Assembly (NCBI GenBank): GCA_040218735.1 | Contig: JAVJQW010000007.1 | Location: 192,001-256,000 of the forward strand | Direction of reading: 5' to 3' | From: Deltaproteobacteria bacterium | GTDB lineage: Bacteria > Myxococcota > Kuafuiibacteriia > Kuafuiibacteriales > Kuafuiibacteriaceae | Length of the DNA stretch: 64,000 nucleotides | Shown here: positions 9,750 through 19,662 of the stretch, one piece after another | Layout: every line of letters starts with the position of its first letter | How positions within the stretch are numbered: position 1 is the stretch's first letter | Notes under the pieces: model-generated | The model's database searches: none | What the model saw: only the letters and a program-made list of their open reading frames with translations | What the model was told of the DNA's origin: nothing | Program-made: the position numbers and the translations under genes

Positions 9750-12725
9750 TTGGCGCAGTCGCTCGAGGCCCTGAAGATCGCGTTCTGCGACGAGGACACC
9801 GCCACCTGGACGAAGGCGGCGCGCGCGCTCGGTGAACGCGCCGCCACCGATGCGGAGGCGCGGGCGTTCCTGCTGGCGTGGCTCACCCAGGAGGACAACG
9901 TCCACCGCTTCCGACACGCGTGCTGCGCGCTCGCGAGCCGGATGTCTTGTGAGGCCGAGCCGGACGAGGAGCTCGAGCGGCTCCAGGCCCAACAGATCGT
10001 CACGCCGCTCGTCGAGCTGGCGCTCGGGTCGCTCCCGCCGGACGCGACGATCGCCGATCTCTCGAAGATACCGGGCGCCGCCGATCGCTTCGCGAGCTGG
10101 GCCGACAAACAGTCCGACAAGCTCCGGGGCCTGATCGATCGCTTCGAGTCCACCGGGAAGACGAAGGCGGCGGACGCCAACAAGAAGAAGCTCGCGCAGA
10201 TCGAGGGGAGCGGACCGTCGTCTCCGGTGCCGTCGGACTTCACGCCTTCGCAACCCAAGTTGACGGAGTGGTCGGTGTGGGCCGTCGCGAGTTACTTCGC
10301 GGGGGTTCGTCACCCGCGGGCGCTGGGCTCGCTCCCGTTGGATCTCGTCGTCGATGCGCTGCTCGATCTCGGCGCTTCGAGGAAGGCGGCCGGGCTCCCG
10401 TTGGTGCTGGGGCTGCCGCCGATGTTGGAGCGCCTCGACGGCACGCTCGACGCCGCGCTGCGCGCGCGCCTCGTCGACAAGCTCGAGTCGACGCTCCCGG
10501 AGTCTTGGGCCGGCGACCGCCTGCACTACAACGACTACGTCCGTCACGTGGCGTCGCTGAGGCGCGAGGCTTCGTTCCGCGCGCTGTGGACGGGGAAGCG
10601 CAAGCTCCCGGCGTGGCTCGACGCCGCGTTCGACGAGATCGTCGAGCTCGCGAAGGAGGGCCGCACCACCGACGCCAACCGACGCTCCGCGGTGCTGATG
10701 CGCGACATCGCCGAGCGGTGCTTCGGCGACGATTGGCGCTGGCAGGAGCTCGGCGACGGCGCGCGGTTCGCGCTCAACGCGTTTGCGCTGCTCGCGATCC
10801 ACGGTCCCGCGCCGCTCGTGAAGCGGAAGGTCGAGCCGCTCAGGCTGTCGCACCGGATCGCCCTCGTCGTGGACGCGATTCGGCAGGGACAGGGCGCTCG
10901 CGAGCAGGTGCTCCCGACGCTCGTGCGCTGTCTGAAGTTGCTGCTCGACACCGAGCTGAAGCAGCACGCGAAGAAGTCGACGCTCTCCGCGATCTGCCGC
11001 CGCCAGATCGTCATCGTGCAGCCGCTGGTCGCGGAGTGGCGCCTCCCGGGGACGCTCCGCAAGGACCTCGCGACGATCGTGTGCCGCGTGCTCCTCGCCG
11101 CGTATCGCAACGACCGCGCCGGGTTCCTCGAGCTGCTGTACGCCGTGTTGTACGCGCTCCCGGACCAGGTGTTGTTCCGAGAGATGGTCGAGTACTCCAC
11201 GGAGGACGAGGTCTCCGCGATGCTCACCGGCATCGTCGCGGGCATCGATCACTGGCACGAGGGCGGCAGCGTCGAGAACGCGTGGGCGCACTACACCCAC
11301 TACGTCGAGCTACTCACGCAGAGCTGCGGCGAGCATGCGCCGTGGTCGGAGCACCTCGTCGGGTTGATGCGGTTGCTCAGCCGCCACGCGATGACCAGCG
11401 AGTACTCGGCGAACGAGATCGGCGCGACGTACGACACCCTCCGCAACGTGCTGCGCGCGCGGCAGATCGTCCGCAAGACTTCGGAGGACGCGGTGGACCG
11501 CCGCTCCGACAAGAAGGGCGCGAACTGGGCGGCGCGTGAGCTGGAGCGCCAGATCGATCACGAGACGAGGGCGGTCTTCGATCGGTTTCAGCGGGTCCTC
11601 GACGACATCCAGATCCTGGAGTCCGACTGTCTGCCCGAGGTCGGGCACCCGACGCCCTCCGACGATCTCGTGCGTCGCTGGCGACGCATGATCTCCGCGC
11701 TCGACGATCTCGGGCGGCTCTGCGCCGACGAGCTCCCCTACGTGGAGCGGGAGATGTCGACGCACCTCATCAAGACCCGCGTCGCGAAGCTGGAAGCGCG
11801 TTTGTTCGTGCTGATGCAGGTCCTCGAGAAGGAGGACGAAGGCGTCGCGGTCGACCTGCTCGAAAAACGCGTCGCCGGTGCGAAGAGCGCTGACGCCGCG
11901 TCGGACCTCGCGGCCGAGGACGGCAACCTCGTCCAGGAGTGGATGCTCGGGCGCTACATGGTGCGCGAGCTCGCGCGCACGCTGCGCCTGAGGGTGTTGG
12001 TGTTGCTGACGTCGCCGACGTTCGTCGCGTTTTGGGTGCTGTCGCCGTTCGTCGCGTGCAGCGTGCTGCACTTGCTTCAGCTCTACCGCTGGCGCGGGTT
12101 GCCGTTCGCGGTCGCCACCGTCGCGAACCTGGTGTTGGTGCTCCTGTACTTCATGGAGTCGCGGCGCGCGCGCGCAGTGACGGCGGGGACGGGGCGCTTC
12201 CTCCTCCCGCAGATCACGGCCGCGTTGTTCCTCGGTATCAACGAGGTGCTCGCCTCGGACGAGGCGTGGTCGCTCGCGGTGCTGGAGTTCCCGTGGGTGC
12301 GTGGGTTCACGATCCTGGCGTTCCTGCTCGCGGGGTTCTTCTTCACGCGTGAGGTGCTCCTCGGCGGTCAGCTCAAGTCGAAGGCCGACACCCGCAAGAA
12401 GTCGCGCCGCGCCGCGAACGTGATGTCGCTGGTTTTGTGGCAGTCCTTCGTCCTGGTCGTGTTGTTCGCGCTGATCAGCGGGCGGGTCATGGGCGATCGT
12501 GCGGAGCTCGACGTCGAGCACCTCAACCGCCTCGCCGCGCAGTGGGGGCACTTCCTGCCGCATGAGGTCCACCTCGGCTCGTTCTTCCTGGAGCCGGTGG
12601 AGGAGAACGCGCTCTACCCGTCGCGCCCGTCCTACCGCGTCTTTCCGTGGGCGGTTCTGACCTGGACGGTGCAGGTGTTCTTCTTCTCGGCGATCTTCGA
12701 GCGGATCATGCGCGGCAAGGACTGA
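9750..12725 (+). CDS. Large hypothetical membrane protein (helical N-terminal region, about 6 C-terminal TMs)
   Basis: 991-aa ORF with coding-like GC3 bias; Leu/Ala-rich helical body and hydrophobic segments in the last ~250 aa. Confidence 0.8.
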   Translation: MAQSLEALKIAFCDEDTATWTKAARALGERAATDAEARAFLLAWLTQEDNVHRFRHACCALASRMSCEAEPDEELERLQAQQIVTPLVELALGSLPPDATIADLSKIPGAADRFASWADKQSDKLRGLIDRFESTGKTKAADANKKKLAQIEGSGPSSPVPSDFTPSQPKLTEWSVWAVASYFAGVRHPRALGSLPLDLVVDALLDLGASRKAAGLPLVLGLPPMLERLDGTLDAALRARLVDKLESTLPESWAGDRLHYNDYVRHVASLRREASFRALWTGKRKLPAWLDAAFDEIVELAKEGRTTDANRRSAVLMRDIAERCFGDDWRWQELGDGARFALNAFALLAIHGPAPLVKRKVEPLRLSHRIALVVDAIRQGQGAREQVLPTLVRCLKLLLDTELKQHAKKSTLSAICRRQIVIVQPLVAEWRLPGTLRKDLATIVCRVLLAAYRNDRAGFLELLYAVLYALPDQVLFREMVEYSTEDEVSAMLTGIVAGIDHWHEGGSVENAWAHYTHYVELLTQSCGEHAPWSEHLVGLMRLLSRHAMTSEYSANEIGATYDTLRNVLRARQIVRKTSEDAVDRRSDKKGANWAARELERQIDHETRAVFDRFQRVLDDIQILESDCLPEVGHPTPSDDLVRRWRRMISALDDLGRLCADELPYVEREMSTHLIKTRVAKLEARLFVLMQVLEKEDEGVAVDLLEKRVAGAKSADAASDLAAEDGNLVQEWMLGRYMVRELARTLRLRVLVLLTSPTFVAFWVLSPFVACSVLHLLQLYRWRGLPFAVATVANLVLVLLYFMESRRARAVTAGTGRFLLPQITAALFLGINEVLASDEAWSLAVLEFPWVRGFTILAFLLAGFFFTREVLLGGQLKSKADTRKKSRRAANVMSLVLWQSFVLVVLFALISGRVMGDRAELDVEHLNRLAAQWGHFLPHEVHLGSFFLEPVEENALYPSRPSYRVFPWAVLTWTVQVFFFSAIFERIMRGKD

Positions 12726-12781
12726 CGCCAGGCCACGAGGTCAGTTGCGTCGCGGGGCGCGGTTCCGCATGGTCTTGTGTC

Positions 12782-14209
12782 GTGGCTCGTGTCCTCGCAG
12801 GGTCGGTGTGTCTCCTCGGCGCCGTCGCTTGCGGCGGGTCGGAGTTCGCTGGGATCGGCGCGCTCGAAGATGCGCCGGAGCCCGTCCGCACTCGCCGCTC
12901 CGCGGTGGTGCGCATCCGCGTCGAGTCGTCCCACGGCGGGGGCTCCGGGACGGGGTTCTTCATCAAGGGCCCATACTTCGTGACCAACGCGCACGTGCTG
13001 GGGCCGGAGGAGTGCGGGCGACCTGGCTGCTGGGTCGACATCCGCAGCGACTACGAGATTGGTCGTGAAGCGAAGGACCAGTACATGTTCATGGAGCCGT
13101 ACCGCGTGGACGTCGCGAACGACGTCGCCGTCTACGTGCCGCACCTATCGGAGTTCGGGGCGCCGTACGAGCCGCCGGCGATCGTCGACGTCGCGAACTT
13201 CACCACGCCCGAGGTCGGCGACCGTGTGCACGTCGTCGGGCACCCCTTCGCGACGCTGAAGAAGTGGTCGCACGGCGAGGTCTACGACCACAGCTCGGAA
13301 GGTGTCTGGGCGGAGGCGACCGTCGCACCCGGTAACAGCGGCTCGCCGGTGTTCGACGACGAGGGGCGGTTCGTCGGCGTCGCGACGCTGATGCGCTTCG
13401 TGGTCGGCGACGGCGAAGTCGTGCTCGACACGTTCGCCACCGGCCCGAGGGCGCTCGTCGCGTTGACGACCTCGACCTCGACGACCCCAGCGTTCCCGGA
13501 GCTGGTCGACCTCGAAGACGACGAAGCGATCTCCCGCCACGAGGTGCACCTGTTCAACTCCGGGACGTCGCTTGTCTCGAACCGACAGGTCCCGGAGGTG
13601 CTCCTCGACGTTTGCGACCAAGCGATGGCGTCGAGCCCGCTTCAGACCCGCGCCGACGCCATCGAGCTCTATCGGCGCTGCGTCGTCCCCGTGCGCTGGT
13701 TCGACTGCGAGGACGAGCCGTTCCCCACCACCACGTGTGACCAGAGCGCGGCGAACCAGTGGAGGATTCGCATCGCGGGGTTCGCCGAATTGGTGGAGAC
13801 GTTGTCGCCCGGCGCTTTCCTCGCGGCGCACTACGAGCTGCGGCGCATCGCGGGCCAGCTGCAGAACCCGCCCTATTGGGAGGCCATCCAGCCGGTCGCG
13901 CCCGAGCTCGAAGCGCCCTACTCGATCGACGACGCCGTCCGCGAGCTCGCCTGGGCCATCACGCGGGACCGAGAACCGGCCGACTGGGCCATCGACGCGA
14001 TCGAGGACTACGACGACGTCCCCGGGTACGAACGCGAGGGGACACGCGTGATGCAGGGGATGATCATGCTCCGCCAGGGCAACCGCCTCGACGACGACGA
14101 GCTGAAGTCGAAGCTCGGCGGGCTGTACCGCGACCGCTCGATCGATCTCGTGGGGCACCTCGACGTCGAAGCGGCCCTCTACGACTTCGGCTGGTCCGAC
14201 GAGCTGTGA
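12782..14209 (+). CDS. Trypsin-like (S1) serine protease, probable lipoprotein
   Basis: TNAHV, NDVAV, PGNSGSP triad motifs; lipobox AVAC. Start moved to GTG 12782 to avoid overlap. Confidence 0.85.
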   Translation: MARVLAGSVCLLGAVACGGSEFAGIGALEDAPEPVRTRRSAVVRIRVESSHGGGSGTGFFIKGPYFVTNAHVLGPEECGRPGCWVDIRSDYEIGREAKDQYMFMEPYRVDVANDVAVYVPHLSEFGAPYEPPAIVDVANFTTPEVGDRVHVVGHPFATLKKWSHGEVYDHSSEGVWAEATVAPGNSGSPVFDDEGRFVGVATLMRFVVGDGEVVLDTFATGPRALVALTTSTSTTPAFPELVDLEDDEAISRHEVHLFNSGTSLVSNRQVPEVLLDVCDQAMASSPLQTRADAIELYRRCVVPVRWFDCEDEPFPTTTCDQSAANQWRIRIAGFAELVETLSPGAFLAAHYELRRIAGQLQNPPYWEAIQPVAPELEAPYSIDDAVRELAWAITRDREPADWAIDAIEDYDDVPGYEREGTRVMQGMIMLRQGNRLDDDELKSKLGGLYRDRSIDLVGHLDVEAALYDFGWSDEL

Positions 14210-14228
14210 GGGCCGGCGGAGGCGCGGA

Positions 14229-16709
14229 TCAGTTGAGCGTCTCCGTCAGCCACGTCACCCCCGCGTCGAACGAGGCGTCGTCGACGATCCGCACCCGCCC
14301 GTCGAGCGCACCCACCCACGGGCCCGCGTACTGCCGGTAGACGTCGTTCGCCAACACCACCGACATCGGCTGCTCACCGGCGAGCCACAACACCTGCGGC
14401 ATGTCGGCCTGCTCGAGGAGCCCGAACACCCGGGTCATCGCGGGCACGGTGCGCAGGAACGTCTCCATGAACGTGGTCATCACCGGGCCGAGCGCGACGG
14501 CGTCGTACTCGAGGTACATCGCCTGCGCGAACGCGGCGTAGAGCGCGGCGTGCTCGCCGATCGCGAGCAGGCCCACGGCGGAGTCGGCGGTCGCCGGGTA
14601 GCTCCGCAGCGCGCGGCGCACCTTCGCGATGTCGAGCGCGCGCTGCGCGAGGAGCGCTTCGCCGAGCATGTAGTAGTCGTTCGTCGCGAGGTCCTCGTTC
14701 CACGAAGACTCGCCGTCACCGCGCGGCGCGACGTACACGAGCGTCACGTCCTCCGGTGCGCGCGCGAGGATGGGCTCCGGACGCGTGATACCGCCGCCGT
14801 CGACGACCACGACGACCGGCGCACCCGGGCCCGCGGCGCGGATGAATCCGCCGAGCGCTATGCCGGGATCGACGTCGAAGCGCAGGCGGGTGATCGACTC
14901 ACCCGACGCTGTCACGTACGGCGCCACCTCCGTCACCTCCGGCACGTAGTCGATCTTGCGCGGGAGGAGCGTCGATTCGATCGCCGTGCGCAGCGCGGTG
15001 ACCGACACTTGCTCCGGCGGCGGCAGCGCGGCGATCGCGTCCTCCGCCCAACGCTGCGCGAGTGAGCGCGGCGTCTCGGGCGTGTCGATGTAGCCACGCT
15101 CGTAGACGCGGAGGTTCGAGTCCGCGGGGTTCGGCAGCGTGAACGCGGGCTCGGGGATCGGCGCGCCGTCGCCCGGACCGAAGTGCTCGGTGACGAAGCC
15201 GTAGAGCCGCTCGCGCATCGACAGGTGGTACTCGTGGTCGGACTGCGCGACGAACACACGCACGTCGTCGTCCGCGTCGTACAGCGCGTAGATCTGCGTC
15301 GCCTGATCGTGCTGGCGGAGCGTGCCGTCGGACGGGAAGAGCGGGTCGCGGTCGCCGGCCATCATCAGCTGCGGCTTCGGCGCGAACAGGCCCGCCATCT
15401 CACCCATGTTCGTGTAACCGGCGACGCCCCACTGGTACGTGCAGGCGTCGTGCAGGAGGTCGGCGTCGACGATGTCCTCGAAGCCCGTCACGTACACGAC
15501 CGGGAGCGACGCCGAGATCCGTTCGTCGGCGATCGACGTGTACAGCGAGTTGAGCCCGCCGCCGGACGCGCCCGTCACCGCGATGCGCGAGGTGTCGATG
15601 TCGCTGCGCGTCTCGAGGTAGTCGATCACCCGCATGGTGTCCCAGACCATGATCGACAGGTTCGAGTGCCCCGTGAGGCCGAGACGCCAACCCTCGTCGT
15701 GGCTGTGCCCGCCGACGTCGCGCTCGCCCTGGCCGAACGCGTCGTAGACCAACGACGCAAACCCGAGCTTCGCCAACCCGTGCGCGCGCGGCGCGACGTA
15801 CGGGCTTGCCTTCGCGTACGCGTAGTAGTGCCCGATCGGCGACACCACGACCGGGAACGGACCGGGCCCCTCCGGGACGTAGACGTGCGCGGTGACGATG
15901 ATCCCCGGTCGGCTCTCGTAACGGAGCTTCTCGATGCGGTAGCCGTCGAGCTCGATCGTGCCGACGATCTGCGCGTCGAGGTCGTTTCGCGTTGGCGTCT
16001 CGAGGAGCCCCATCGACTCCAGCACCCGGGCGCGCACCTCTTCCCGCCGACGCTCGAACGCCTGCGCGGTCGCGGCGACCGGGATGTCCGCGCGGGTCCT
16101 CGCCATGCGGTCGAGCACGCTGTCCTTCATCATCGTGGTGGCGAGCGGAACGTCGATGACCCGCCACGCGTCTTCGTCTTCGTGCGGGTCGTAGTCGAGG
16201 TCCGAGGACATCGCGATCGCGTCCGCGACCTCGAAGCTCTCGCCGACGTCGTGCACGACGACCTCCGCGAGCTCCGCGTCGACGTCGACTTCACCGGCGC
16301 GCACCCAGACGTAACCGGGCGCGCCTCCGAACGCTTGGTGCGTCGCGGCGAGCGTCGACCCGTTCACCGACACTCGCCAGTCGCGCGGGAGGAAGTCGCG
16401 GAAGCCGCGCGTCCACACGACGTAGCGGCCGGCGGTGAGCTTCACCTCCGCGCGCATCACCGTGTCGGCGACGCCGGCGGAGGGCGAGGTCGCGAACCCC
16501 TGGCCGTAGAACGGCGCGATGTTCCGCTGCACGTTCCAGGGGCCGGAGAACTCCTCGATCTCCAGGTGCGCGAAGCAGACGTCCGGCGGGTCCTCCGGGT
16601 CGGGGGTGCAGCACGGCTCGTAGCGCGGCGGCGGGGGTTGGTCGATCGGGTCGGACGTACACGCGGCGAGGGCCAGGCCGACCAGACATCCGTACGCGCG
16701 CACCGACAC
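14229..16709 (-). CDS. Alpha/beta-hydrolase (acetylxylan esterase-like) lipoprotein
   Basis: Lipobox LAAC, EKLRYESRPG, nucleophile elbow VTGASGGG, GDRDPLF, DHEY; second, degenerate hydrolase-like domain at the C-terminus. Confidence 0.82.
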   Translation of the reverse strand: MSVRAYGCLVGLALAACTSDPIDQPPPPRYEPCCTPDPEDPPDVCFAHLEIEEFSGPWNVQRNIAPFYGQGFATSPSAGVADTVMRAEVKLTAGRYVVWTRGFRDFLPRDWRVSVNGSTLAATHQAFGGAPGYVWVRAGEVDVDAELAEVVVHDVGESFEVADAIAMSSDLDYDPHEDEDAWRVIDVPLATTMMKDSVLDRMARTRADIPVAATAQAFERRREEVRARVLESMGLLETPTRNDLDAQIVGTIELDGYRIEKLRYESRPGIIVTAHVYVPEGPGPFPVVVSPIGHYYAYAKASPYVAPRAHGLAKLGFASLVYDAFGQGERDVGGHSHDEGWRLGLTGHSNLSIMVWDTMRVIDYLETRSDIDTSRIAVTGASGGGLNSLYTSIADERISASLPVVYVTGFEDIVDADLLHDACTYQWGVAGYTNMGEMAGLFAPKPQLMMAGDRDPLFPSDGTLRQHDQATQIYALYDADDDVRVFVAQSDHEYHLSMRERLYGFVTEHFGPGDGAPIPEPAFTLPNPADSNLRVYERGYIDTPETPRSLAQRWAEDAIAALPPPEQVSVTALRTAIESTLLPRKIDYVPEVTEVAPYVTASGESITRLRFDVDPGIALGGFIRAAGPGAPVVVVVDGGGITRPEPILARAPEDVTLVYVAPRGDGESSWNEDLATNDYYMLGEALLAQRALDIAKVRRALRSYPATADSAVGLLAIGEHAALYAAFAQAMYLEYDAVALGPVMTTFMETFLRTVPAMTRVFGLLEQADMPQVLWLAGEQPMSVVLANDVYRQYAGPWVGALDGRVRIVDDASFDAGVTWLTETLN

Positions 16710-16719
16710 GATGGGGAGT

Positions 16720-18261
16720 CTACGGCTTTCGCCCCGAACCTGGCACCTGTGGTTTCAGGCGGTTCACGATGATGTGGCCGACCGTCGTGCGCCCGGCCAC
16801 GCGGTCCTTCAGGCCGGCGACGATGCGGTCCCGGGGGGTGTTCACGATGGTCAGGACGAAGTCGGGTTCGTAGACCTCGATCGCCCGCACGATGCCGGCG
16901 CGCCCGTCGCCGGGGATATGTGCGGCGCCGACGTCGAGGTGGATGGCGGCGTGCCAGGGGTCCTCGGCGATGACGACGCTCCCGGCCGGGACGTGCCGGG
17001 CGAGGGTGTCGTAGATCGCGGGGCGCGAGAACTGAACGAAGCTGCGGAGCTTCCCGCTCGGGTGCCACGCGAACGGCGCGTGCCACGCGACGCACACCAG
17101 GCCGAGCGCGGCGGCGGGGGCCCACGCGACGAAGCGCTTCGGGATGCGGGCGTCGAGCTCGGCGAGCGCGACACCGGCGAGGACCACGAGCGGCGGCGCG
17201 ACGTTCAGCGCGACGCGGTCGCGGCTCGCGACGATCGGCACCAGGGCGATCGGCACCACGACGGTGAGCACCACGAAGAGCGCGACCGCGATCGCACGAC
17301 CGTTCCTGCGGACGAGGGCGATGACCGTGCCGACGCCCGCCAGCACCATCAACCCGAGCGGGAGCTGCGTGTAGATGGCGTCGAGGTGCTGCGCGAGCGT
17401 CGCGGTGCGCACCGACCAGAGCTGGGCCGCGCCCTGCGCCCACCAGGTGTCGAACGAGGGCTCCGTCGTCATCGCGAAGATGTCGGCGTAGGACGTCATG
17501 ACCAACGTGGCGGAGCGCGGCTTCGGCGTGAAGTCACCGACCGCGACGAGGGAGTACAGGCCGATCGAAAGCCACACGATCGCGGCGCCCGCGAGCACGG
17601 CGCCGATTCGTTTCGAACGAACGCGCCAGGTCTCCTTGGCGAAGAGCATCACCGGGAGGACCGCGGCGACGCCGACGAAACCCTCCCCGCGAAAGTAGAG
17701 CGGTGACGCGAGCAGGAACCCGGCGAGCACGCGGGCGCGCGGCGAGTCGCCGAGGGTCATCCATGCGAACAGGCCCCCCATCGTGCTGAGCTGGTAGGCG
17801 AGGGTGATGTCGGGGGAGACGAGGGTCGGGTGCAGCCGCCCGAGGCTCGCGACGACGACCGCCGCGAACGTCGGCGCGACCCACTGCGAGCGCGGATCGA
17901 GCCGACGCGCCAGGAAGAACAGGAGCGGCGGGAGCAACAGCCCCAGGGCGAAGACGATCCACAACGCGACCCGCTGCGAGTGGCCGAACACCGCCATGAA
18001 CGTCCCCAGCACGAGCGGCCAGAAGGCGGAGTGGTAGTCACCCGCGGGGCGGACGACGTGCGGGGAGTCGCCGAGGTGGTGCCAGCGGACCGGGTCGGTC
18101 AGGCCATCCCCGCGGGCGAGGTTGCGCGCGATCGCGTAGTACTCCGCCGTGTCGTAGTCGCCGACCGCGTGCAGGTCGTCGACGATCGGGGCGAGCCGCA
18201 CCGCCAGGTAGATCGACGCGGCCAGCGCGAGGCACCAGGACAGGGCGGTCGTGCGGTCCAT
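16720..18261 (-). CDS. Polytopic membrane glycosyltransferase (GT-C fold, ArnT/PMT-like)
   Basis: Start ATG 18261. TM1 followed by DTAEYYAIARNLARGDG, then many TMs and RGEG. Confidence 0.7.
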   Translation of the reverse strand: MDRTTALSWCLALAASIYLAVRLAPIVDDLHAVGDYDTAEYYAIARNLARGDGLTDPVRWHHLGDSPHVVRPAGDYHSAFWPLVLGTFMAVFGHSQRVALWIVFALGLLLPPLLFFLARRLDPRSQWVAPTFAAVVVASLGRLHPTLVSPDITLAYQLSTMGGLFAWMTLGDSPRARVLAGFLLASPLYFRGEGFVGVAAVLPVMLFAKETWRVRSKRIGAVLAGAAIVWLSIGLYSLVAVGDFTPKPRSATLVMTSYADIFAMTTEPSFDTWWAQGAAQLWSVRTATLAQHLDAIYTQLPLGLMVLAGVGTVIALVRRNGRAIAVALFVVLTVVVPIALVPIVASRDRVALNVAPPLVVLAGVALAELDARIPKRFVAWAPAAALGLVCVAWHAPFAWHPSGKLRSFVQFSRPAIYDTLARHVPAGSVVIAEDPWHAAIHLDVGAAHIPGDGRAGIVRAIEVYEPDFVLTIVNTPRDRIVAGLKDRVAGRTTVGHIIVNRLKPQVPGSGRKP

Positions 18262-18366
18262 CGCGCAGTCGGATGGTGGTGTGCCAGGAATACGAAGGCA
18301 AGGCGGGCGAGGGTAAGATCCTCGTTGCAACGCCCGTCGCGCGGCGCATACTTCCGCCCGACTTCG

Positions 18367-19650
18367 ATGTCCGAGGCCGCGTCGCCGTTCCCCCGTCTCG
18401 CCTACCTGGTCAGCGAGTATCCGAAGGCGAGTCACTCGTTCATCCGGCGCGAGATCCTGGAGATCGAGCGCCTCTCGGGCCGGCCCGTGTTGCGCGTCGC
18501 GATCCGCGGCGGCGGAAAATCGGTCGTCGATCCGGCGGACGTTCGTGAGGCAGCGAAGACGATCGAAGTGCTCGATCGCTCACCCGCCGAGCTCGCCGCG
18601 GCGACCGCAGAGATCGCGGCGCTGCATCCGATTCGGTACCGCCGCGCCGTCGAGATGAGCGGGCGCATGTGGGCGAAGAGTGATCGCGGCGCGATTCGTC
18701 ACGGGGCGTACCTCGCCGAGGCCGCGTTCATCGCGCGGCTGCTGATGCGCGAGCGCATCGATCACCTGCACGTGCACTTCGGCCTCAACTCGGCGGCGGT
18801 CGCGCGGCTGGTGAAGTGCCTGACGAACATCCCGTACAGCGTGAGCATCCACGGCCCAGGGGAGTTCGACGAGCCGCTCGCGATCAGCCTGCGCGAGAAG
18901 ATGGAGGACGCGAGCTTCGTGCGCGCGGTGTCGCACTACGGTTCGGGGCAGCTGCGCCGCTGGGTGGGGCCGGACCACTGGGACAAGATCCAGGTGGTGC
19001 GCTGCACGGTGGACGATTCGTTCTTCGACGCGGCGGTCCCCGTGCCTGCGACCTCGAAGTCGATCGTCTGCGTCGGGCGGCTCACCGCACCGAAGGGGCA
19101 TCTGCTGCTCCTGGACGCCTTCGCGCGGATCATCGACGACGGCCTCGACGCCAAGCTCGTGCTCGCGGGTGACGGTGAGCTGCGCCCCGAGGTGGAGAAG
19201 AAGATCGCGGAGCACGACCTCGGGAAGTACGTCGAAGTGACCGGGTGGGTCGGCGAAGCTGAAGTGCGTCGTCGATTGCTCGCCGCACGCGCGATGGTGC
19301 TGCCGAGCCTCGCCGAGGGGCTACCGGTGGTGATCATGGAGTCGCTCGCGCTGGGGCGCCCGGTGATCACGACGATGATCGCCGGCATCCCGGAGCTCAT
19401 GAAGAACGACGCGGGTTGGTTGATCCCGTCGGGGAGCGTCGACCACATCGCGGACGCGCTGAAGGAAGCGCTGACGTCGCCGAGCACGACGCTCGACACC
19501 ATGGCGCAGGCGGGGCGGGAACGCGTCGAGGCGGGGCACCGAACGGCGGAGATCGCGAAGCTCTTCCACCTGTTCGAGGACTACCACCGCTACGGCGGTC
19601 CGCTCAGGTCGGCGCACCGCGACCGAAGTCACCGCGTGCCGCCGACCTGA
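18367..19650 (+). CDS. Glycosyltransferase family 4
   Basis: Start ATG 18367. YLVSEYP..SHSFIRREI, HLHVHF, VGRLTAPKG, PSLAEGLPVVIMES. Confidence 0.92.
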   Translation: MSEAASPFPRLAYLVSEYPKASHSFIRREILEIERLSGRPVLRVAIRGGGKSVVDPADVREAAKTIEVLDRSPAELAAATAEIAALHPIRYRRAVEMSGRMWAKSDRGAIRHGAYLAEAAFIARLLMRERIDHLHVHFGLNSAAVARLVKCLTNIPYSVSIHGPGEFDEPLAISLREKMEDASFVRAVSHYGSGQLRRWVGPDHWDKIQVVRCTVDDSFFDAAVPVPATSKSIVCVGRLTAPKGHLLLLDAFARIIDDGLDAKLVLAGDGELRPEVEKKIAEHDLGKYVEVTGWVGEAEVRRRLLAARAMVLPSLAEGLPVVIMESLALGRPVITTMIAGIPELMKNDAGWLIPSGSVDHIADALKEALTSPSTTLDTMAQAGRERVEAGHRTAEIAKLFHLFEDYHRYGGPLRSAHRDRSHRVPPT

Positions 19651-19662
19651 GCTCGCTACGAC

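Noticed and set aside
16717-16722. TAGACT 7 nt upstream of the esterase GTG as a -10 box
   Set aside because: Coincides with the upstream gene's TAG stop, so it is likely incidental.
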